DNA of 64,000 nt from Cycas panzhihuaensis. Taxonomy: Eukaryota; Plantae; Cycadophyta. The notes beneath the pieces were generated by a model, which did no database searches, had not been told where the DNA came from, and worked only from the letters and a program-made list of their open reading frames with translations. The position numbers were made by a program, and so were the translations under genes. Where the stretch lies: NCBI GenBank assembly GCA_023213395.1, contig CM041465.1:196175741-196239740 (forward strand), in the 5' to 3' direction. Shown here piece after piece: positions 52,001 through 64,000 of the stretch (positions are counted from its first letter, which is position 1; each line of letters starts with the position of its first letter).

Positions 52001-52897
52001 GCATTGATTGAGAGTGATATATGTGGGATTTGGGTCCCTTTCCTCCCTTAAGAACCTGGTTAATTTGCAAGTTGGAAGACTTGATGTGCAAGATTTTATG
52101 TAGAAAGAAGGATTCAAGTATAGGGAGATATTATGTACCTGTCTCTATGTTATTAGTCTATTTGATCCTTACTTTAGTAACTTTAGATAGTTAGGAGTCA
52201 CCTCACATCCTATCAACATTCCTTAATGGAGACTTGAAGAGGAGATTCACATGGCTCAACCTCTTGGTTTAGTCAAAGGAAAATGGTTGAGTTTTATGGA
52301 CTAAGTATCAGTGTAAGAGAGAACTATATGGTTGTAGGGACTCTTGGAGTATTTCCAAAGAATTAAGCATATATGAGGTATAGCACCATTATATCTGAGA
52401 GAAGATCATATCAGGGAAGATGCAGGTTGAAGTTTGTCTAAGTAGAGATCAACTTGAGTATGTATTCACTAAGCTCTAATTGAAGATCACTATATCAGTA
52501 TTCTTGCATATTGGGTGAGGTTATCCTTAAGAAGGGATTTATTGCTAAGGATAAACCTTTATATCCTATATTTATATTAAGAGGGGATGTTAGAATATAT
52601 TACTATACTGACTAATGTTAATGTGTAGAATATTCTTGATATAATATTAGATGAGCTGACAGATGTAATCACATAATGTAATATTATCAAGACACTTTAG
52701 ATGTATAAATAAAGATCAAAGTCCATTTATGTAATATACTAGATTTATTAAAAATATGAAATAATATCATTTTGGTGGGTTTTTACCTAAGAGGATTTCC
52801 CACCTCAAATCTGGTGTCCCATTTGTATTTGTTATGCTTGGATCTGTCATGTGTTAAAGATTCCGTCGTCTTATTTACATAGAGGTGTTTCCTAAAA
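49065..52897 (+). mobile_element. Non-autonomous Copia derivative C3 (3.8 kb)
   Basis: LTRs 49065-49389 and 52588-52897; TSD CTTTT; PBS TGGTATCAAAGC (49390-49401); PPT AAGAGGGGA; only short RT (TFLNGDL..EEIHMAQPLG) and RH remnants. Confidence 0.9.
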
Positions 52898-53559
52898 CTT
52901 TTTTAATGGTAACATTTTTTTCTAGTATATTTTTTTGAGGTGACCTTACCTATTGCAATAAGTACATATAAAATCCTTTATGGGCTTGGGCTTTGATTAA
53001 TTAGAGTTTAAAACTTGAGAAGAATATTAAACACTACTTTCAGTAGAACTAATACTCAGTTTCTTCTTATATTTAGACCTAGTTCCATGCTACTAGTACT
53101 ACTATAATTAACATAACTACCAATACATTAATTTTCATGTAAGAGGAGCCCTACTAACACTTTAAAAATAAGAGGATTAATTCTTTATATCAAGCACAAA
53201 CTGGTCATAAAATATATAAAAACTTTAATATAGACTATTCAAGGTGATACTTAATAATTCTTTATGAGTGATCTCCTCATTATTGGCTAATAATTGGTCC
53301 CTAATTTCTTTCAATTTTTATAAATATATTAAAACTTAGTCATTAACATCTTGTAAGAATAAAGTTGATTTCTTGGGTATAACACCTTAGTCTCATTCTT
53401 TATCTTATATAAGTCCATTAGGATTTGCCATGTTTCAAACACAAAATTTTCTCATTGAAGATAAACTATGAGATTACCAATTATAAACAATCTAATGATT
53501 ACTAAAGCTTCACAATTATGATCTTCTCAATCATCTAGTTATTTAAGAAATATTTGAGG

Positions 53560-56258
53560 TGTAAGAATTTAGAATTTAACTTTGATACCTTAAGTCATTA
53601 TGCATAGCAAAAGTGTATCAAATATGTGTAATGATTTAATTATATTATGATGAATGCATATAAATCATGTATTATATGATCAACATATTAAGCAATAACA
53701 TGAAATATAAAGTATAAACATAAGAATATATATATTATAAGAGACAACAGATTTATACATGGAAAACCTAGTATGAGAAAAACCATAATAGAAGGTTAAA
53801 ATTAGGAGCTTCTCTTTATGATATCAAATAATGATATCTCCAAGTCAATCTTCCTTTCTTAAGTTCCTAAGTAGTATGTAAATACATTTATAGATATACC
53901 ATTTCATAAATAGCCTATAATATACATTTATAGATATTTATATAAATAATCATATATTATCACATCTATCAATACTTTTATTGAGTGAGATTTTCTGTGC
54001 ATCCACAATAATAAATTAAATATTAGATATGCAAAAGGATCACATATTCTAACACTCCTTCTTAATATTTAATATCTTCAAATCTTCAAGTCTTCAATGT
54101 CTTCTACTTTTCTTGTATACTAGATTTTATAAGCTTATAATAATCTAGATAAAGTTATATCACTTATAATCTATCAACATCATGCTTATTTTTTGTAAGC
54201 AATTAACTTGTAAATGCCTATAGACATCTGTGATCATCAATGACCAACTATGATCATTCACTTATAAAACTATGAACTAATCATCAATCAACCTGATAAT
54301 TAATCTTAATGTTATGACTTTTAACATTAACACTATCAACCCACCATCTTGATAATCTCATCAACAAAATAATTACTAGTGTCCATATAAAACAATATCT
54401 ATCTACTAAAATATATAGGTTACCAATCGTTGTAATTGATAGTTCTCTAATATGTATTTATTGTATGTGGTTCATTAACAATAAAATAATATTTATCTAT
54501 TAGGTAAAACGATGTTACAAGAGGAGCACAAATGTTTCCTCTTACATATAAGAATAACAACATAATCTATGTGTTATACAAGAATAGGTTGTAAAATATT
54601 TTTCTTACCTCTTACATACAAGATAACCTTCTATGTATACATCTATACTTTCTTTATCTATGCACATGTTAGTAACTTTCTTTTTGAAACTAATAAATAT
54701 CTTATTAATATCAAAAAATTAATAAGCAGAACATATTAACTTTAGGAACAAGGTATACTACTTAGCTGAGATAAGTTAGCGATAATAAGGTAAGGTAAAT
54801 AATATGCTCTTATGACTCTTGTTATATATAGTAAGTTAGATTTCTTACTTACAAACATATTTGATATATTAACTATACTCCTTAATAGCTAATTTTAGTG
54901 CCAAATAATTAATATATGAGACTTCTTCTCTATGTCTTATAAATAAGTAAAAAATAACATCAACATCTATCCAACATCAACTATAAATAAACTAGGTCTT
55001 TCATTAATAAAATTGGGTGGTATCATCAATCATTATTCATTTATTTATTAATAAATCATATGATCATGACATTTGATAATTTGAGTTACAGTCACTTCAT
55101 CAAATGTATTCAGTGCTAAGGGGGATTTTCATCATATCTAATATATATTACGATACCCATATCAAAATTTTCACTAAATATGTCCTACATCTTAAAATTT
55201 TCATCTATTTTGAGCCTTAAACTATCATAAATAGACCTTAATTTCTTTATTTTAAATTAATATTATTTATTCCTACATTGTCAATGATCAATTTCATCAT
55301 CATAATCTTAAGAACCTTTAAAAACATCATAAAATACTAAATTAAATCTTAAAAAGCTCATAAAATATATCTTTTATGAAGCTAAAACCATTTTGCTTAA
55401 CTTTACCTATTAAAATATTTGTCTTTTAATATTTGAAATATGCCTTGTGATCACTCATTTCAACCATCTCAAAATTCTCTTTCCAATGCAATTAATGACT
55501 AAAAAAATAGATACTTTAGTAAAAAAACATGTTAAAAAATTATTAGTATATTATGAAAAATTATGTAACCCTTTAGCAAATTAATTTAACCCCTTTTAGC
55601 TTGGGTTGTTGGTCACGTTATTGCTCCATGTGACTATAAGCTAAAAGTCAAAGTGGTTTTGTAGAACTAAAATATTATCAAATTTAATTTAATTTAATTT
55701 TATAAATATAAAAAAAATCAAATAGAGCATATTAAATTTTGGCATCTGCCCTTATATTGAATATTAAATATCATGTAATATAATTAAATTTATGATAATA
55801 TTTATAAAGTTTTTATGTTTAATCAAATTTTTAATTCTATGCATTTATATTTAGGTCAAAAAGTGATTTACTTGTGTCATAACTATTTAAGGGATGAAAA
55901 AATTAAATTGATTTGTTAATATGATATGCAATTAGCCTGATGGCTATTTTTTTAGCAATTTATTAATATGATCTATGGTTGGCCTAATCACTAATTATCT
56001 AAGTAGGTATGGCATGCATATTACAAGTGACGTAGACTATACAACGTATAGGTTCTTTTTCATACAAGGCTAGAGGTGGTATATGATGATTATGCAATAA
56101 TAACACAACTCTGATGGTGAGATCTGGTGGTAGTAGGTTATGGCATTCACCATAGAATTAGCTGTATTCATTATATGGGTAATGGTATCTTCATATCCAT
56201 AACAATAGGGTACCTATTATACATTTGTAGATGATAATTCTCTGACGCATCTTGGGGT
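53560..56258 (-). mobile_element. Non-coding LTR element A: 3' LTR 53560-54052, PPT, AT-rich internal region
   Basis: TG...TTCTAACA followed by CTCCTTCTTAAT (PPT on the minus strand); homologous to element B; interrupts C1 gag. Confidence 0.6.
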
Positions 56259-59460
<3,202 letters not shown>

Positions 59461-60902
59461 AAGCAAGTTTTGTATTTGCAAAAAAATTTAAATCCACATA
59501 ACTCAAAATTTATCAAAAATATTTTAGTTAACAAAATCATATGAATTATTTTAATCCCTAAATTTTTTTTTACATGATTTCTTTGATTGATTTGTATTAT
59601 TTGTTTAATGATCAAGATGGCTTTAGGATATTGTATTAATTAAATGTGGTATAGTGGCATTTATAGTTCATTCGTGGCTAAGCTCTGTGGTTGGGTGATG
59701 TTTCTATTTGCATGGATTTTCTAGTTATTTCTACATATTTCTTTTGTCCATATGGCATCTTCCTTTCTAAGTGTGATTTAAAGTCTAATATATGGTACAT
59801 GATCCTCTGTATGGACGTGATGACCTTGCTGATAGTATCTATGTGATATCCATGTGTGTAGATTGATTGGACTTGCATTTCTAACTACTTTATAACCTTG
59901 CTTGATAATCTATCTTCTAAGCAATGGCGAGTTGGTTCTCCTATTGGTAACTAGTGTTATCAACTAGAAGATAAGAAAATTTTGGTTACATAGAACCTTA
60001 GGTAGCATTAACAGAGGTTAAATCTCCCATCCTTACTATCATATGAAGAGGTGTATGGTGTGCTAGTTTTATACTCTATGTGACGCTTAGGTTGTGGATG
60101 ACTTGCTTGGTATACTTTGCACTGTTCCTTAAGTGCTTAATGATCTATAACTATAATTTACTTCATGTATGGTAATTGTTATAGTGATTACATTTGCTTG
60201 TTATTATATCCATTGACTTATTGAGCTATCTCCTTTATGGATAGTTCCATTATGACATTGTGAGTTTAACCACTAAATCAACTATCAAGTTTCTAACCAT
60301 AAGGTTTTGTAATAGGGATTTAGGATTTTAATATTGTTACCTTATCTTTAAACTATAAAATACTTTATCATCAGATCATGATTGTGCCTTTTAATATCAA
60401 GTCATAGTGCCTTTCAATCTTATCTTATTGTAATTGCTTCAAACATTTATCATTACAAATCTTAATTTGATTAAGCCATATAATAACTCTTTATAACTAT
60501 ATACTTATTCAAACATACACACATTAATATACTTGCTTTATTTATTATAATAATCACCTATTAACATATCACTCATCATACTATATAGGCCTGCTACTTA
60601 TTTATCATATTGATATGATATTATATGTCATTTTGCTCTCAAAGGATGATCAATCCTACTTGGGTTAACATGCTCTTATTAATAATCTACTATTACTAAG
60701 TGTGAGATACAGTGGGGTATCTAGTCTCACAAAATCTCAAACATTTCTATAAGTAGATAGCCTGTATAAGTGAACTTAATTGGCAATAATTTAACTTTCA
60801 CTTCTTCATTATTTAATAGATACGATTTTATACCTATATGCTCTAGAATGTATGCATAACATGTATAAATAAATATATTAATATAAATTTAAATTAACAT
60901 AC

Positions 60903-63900
60903 TATTGAAAGAATGATAGATCTAGGGAATAAATTACTCACATACACACAATAGCAATGGAGAATGAAAAAGAGATGAAACAAGATATGAGAGCAAGCTT
61001 AGAGGTGAGAATGAATAATGACTCCCTCCTTGAGATTTTGCCTTTTATTATTGAGGGTGAGCATTAGGGTTAGGATTTTCCTACCTAATAATATAAACCC
61101 AAAATTACATCTAAATACACATAAAGTGCATTTCATTAAGAGACTAATGCTAATAATATATCCTAAGGTCACATAATTAATCTACATAAATGACCTCGAT
61201 ACATTAACCTCTTTCAATCCTTCCCTTAATGGTGGAAGATCATTTTTGAGAAAATCTATTCTATGAGGTCTTCATTTGAGTCTCATTATTACATTGAAAT
61301 TCTAAATGACACTTTTGTAAGAAAACCTTCATGGGGAATAAAAACCCATGAACTTTCTAAGATTTATAGCCCCTTTTATAAATCAAAATGGCTAAGGTGG
61401 CTCTTTGATGTAGCCTGATAACCAAGCAGCTTAAATATACAACTTAATCTGCTGAGTCTCCATATACTATTTGGTCATCCCCTATGCCCTTTTAAGTTTT
61501 CACAGGTTCTAATTTTCTAAAACTAGTATAACCCTTATCCTTCTGTGCCTACATGGGGTTTTCACAAATAGGATAGAGCAGAGACTTACTTTTATTCTTT
61601 CTCACCCACAAGAGGTTTTCACGAAGGGAATAAAGTATGTTGATCCTGTTACCATCTTCTTTGGTTAGTCAAAGATGAAGGCCCTAAGGCCAAGCTGCCT
61701 TCAGAACTGTTTAAACTTCACCTTTTGTGGCTATTTAGTAAAGATATTGACCACTTGATCTACCGTGAGGTAGTATTCCAATTGAATTGTGCCATCATGA
61801 ATAAGTTCTCTAATGATGTGGACTTTTGTACTTATGTATTTGGTACAATCATGAAATATAAGATTTTTTGCCATGTAGATTGCTAATTGATTATCCACAT
61901 GAAGACTCGTAGGACTTGTTTGGGTGATATTCCATGTTTATAATAATTTTCTCAACCATATTACCTCCTTATTAGTCTCAGAAGTAATAATGTATTTAAC
62001 TTTAGCAGTTGAATTTGTAACTATTTTCTACCATCTAGATCTCCATGATATTGGTGCTATTCCAAGAAATGTTACATACATAGACGTAGATCTTCCTGTA
62101 TCTTTATCTCTCACAAAGTCTAAGTCTGTGTATGCAGAAAGCTTAAAGTCTGAATTAGGTTCATACAACAAACCATATTTTCTAGTCGTCTTAAGGTATC
62201 TCAACACTCACATTACTACTTGCCAATGATTCTACTTAGGATTTGTCATGTAATGAGCAAGAATGCTGACAGAGTGTGTAATATCAGGCCTTGTATTAGT
62301 AATGTAGATGAGACTACCTACAAGTTTCTTGTAGAGTATTATGTCTACCTCCTTAGTGTCACCTTCAACTGAGAGTTTGGTATTAGGGTCCATAGGTAAC
62401 ATCACTGGTCGAGCATCTTCTAACTGAAACTTAGTTAGAAGATTGTTGATGTATTTTTCTTGGGAGAGGGAAAATTTTCTATTATTTTGTGTTACTTTAA
62501 TTCCCAAGTAATATGTTATCAAATTGAGGTTAGACAATTCGAATGTTTTGTCAAGGTCCTTTTTCAGCTAGCTTATTGCCTGTTCACTATTACCTGTTAC
62601 TAGCATGCCATCCACAAAGACTATGAGATAAGTGACTTTATCCTTATGCCGCTTAATGAATAATGTTGTATCAATATCTTGGTAGTTACAAATCTCATAT
62701 CTAAGTTACCTCATTCTTTCAGACAACTTAGCAAACCAAGCACGAGGGGCTTGTTTAAGGCCGTACAAGGACTTTCTGAGCTTGTAAACCTTATGCTCTT
62801 GACCTTTGATCTCATATCCTTCTGGTTGAGCCATGTAAATTTCTTCTTCAAGATCAACATTGAGAAATGCAGTCTTAATATTGAGTTGGTGGATTTTCCA
62901 ACCCTGTTGAATAGCCAAGGGCACAAGAGTTCTAATTGTAGGCTAATTAGTTATAGGTACAAGGACTTAAGTGTAGTTGATATCTTCCTTTTGTGTAAAT
63001 CCTTTAGTTACCAACCTCGCCTTATGTTTTTCAAGGATGCCATCTAATCTATATTTATTTTTGAACACCTATTTATTTTAAACTACCTTTCTGCCAAGTG
63101 GTAGATCAATGAGCTCCCATGTACCATTCTTGATAAGAGATTAATACTCTTCATTCATGGCATTTCTCTAAGTTATGTGCTTTACAACTTCTTGGTATGT
63201 TAGGGGCTCTTCATTAAGAGTAAGGTACAGTTCTACTAGTTCAAGCTTAGTATATAATGATTCCTACATCCTTGCTCTATGGGCATTTTAGGTGCTAGTT
63301 TTACCCACCTCATCTGATCATATGTCCTTATTGAGCTAGTGGACTTCTCAAGATCCTCGAGTTGGGAATGAGGTCCTCATTTCCTCAACTTCCTAGTTCT
63401 CATCTTGTTCATTAAAATGATTATTTTTTGAGGAGGATGTTGATGCACCTAAGGAATATGGTCCTTCTACCACTATTTTACCTTTGTCAACTGAAGGTGG
63501 AGAGAATGGTTTTTCTATAATGGCTTTACCTTTGTTAACTCTACTATTTTCAAAGGATGGTACTGGATATGTACTCATCGATTCAGAGTCATAACTTATA
63601 TCCTCTGAGGCTCTATTGTCAGCTTCCAATATTTGGAGTAATTTATATCTATCCCCCACCCTGAAATTTTAGAATCTAAACATCATACTTGATAACATGA
63701 TTATAGTGGTGTAAGGGTACTTTGGAGTCTAGTTTAAGTAACTGATCCTCTGTCTCTACAAAAATGACATCTCTGGTAACAATAATTTTTCATTGTAAAG
63801 GTATGAAGACCTTATACCCTTTCTTATCCATAGGGTATCCAACAAAGATGCCTTTAAGTGCCCTTAGCCAAAGTTTATTTCAATCTGCATCCAGAATGTG

Positions 63901-64000
63901 GGTATAACATGTAGAGCCAAAAATTTTAAAATAGTGAATAATGGGGGCTTATCCTAACCACTTTTCATTAGGTGCTTATACTTCCTTTGATGGGATAATA
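60903..64000 (-). mobile_element. Ty1/copia element C4, 3' part (LTR ~60903-61651, RH, RT, integrase end)
   Basis: KTAFLNVDLEEEIYMAQPEGY...LYGLKQAPRAW; LVGSLIYITNTRPDI; QVVNIFTK; PPT-like CCAAAGAAGATGG. Left end of the LTR approximate. Confidence 0.85.
61665..64000 (-). pseudogene. C4 pol remnant
   Basis: Copia integrase tail, RT and RNase H motifs with stops. Confidence 0.9.

Larger units (their letters stand above)
17161..53559 (-). mobile_element. Ty1/copia element C1, split into 17161-19650, 26228-26402, 48427-49064 and 52903-53559 by nested insertions; 5' end not seen in the window
   Basis: RH (KHIGIHHHFI), RT (MTDLGIIHNYLGLEV), integrase (LVHSDLYGPIT, continuous across the C2 TSD), protease region, gag zinc knuckle (CTYCNR*GH). 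Short 3' LTR at ~17161-17388. Confidence 0.85.

Noticed and set aside
53579-53590. PBS of Copia C1
   Set aside because: The adjacent sequence does not match the C1 3' LTR, C1 gag is cut here, and the motif matches the terminal unit of element B.

Overview
Plant nuclear intergenic DNA, with heavy CpG/CHG deamination typical of a large, possibly gymnosperm-like genome (organism is an inference). It consists almost entirely of nested retrotransposons, and I recognise no host gene. There are three related Tat-clade Ty3/gypsy elements: T1 (<1-~10967, +), T2 (~10968->17160, -) and T3 (29851-48083, -, complete). They share an unusual 3' cassette: an intron-containing plant-mobile-domain (PMD) gene antisense to gag-pol (all three) and, head-to-head with it, a free-standing archaeal-type RNase H ORF (T1 and T3). 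The RNase H inside pol lacks its first catalytic Asp. Also present: a very young gag+protease-only element with identical 247-bp LTRs (969-4995), a full-length L1 LINE with a 16-bp TSD (19651-26211), four Copia elements or derivatives, two non-coding LTR elements with PBS-like repeats at their ends, a 483-bp repair-type duplication that preserves the empty LINE site, and a ~0.9-kb (AT)n tract. All coordinates and alignments were read by eye.
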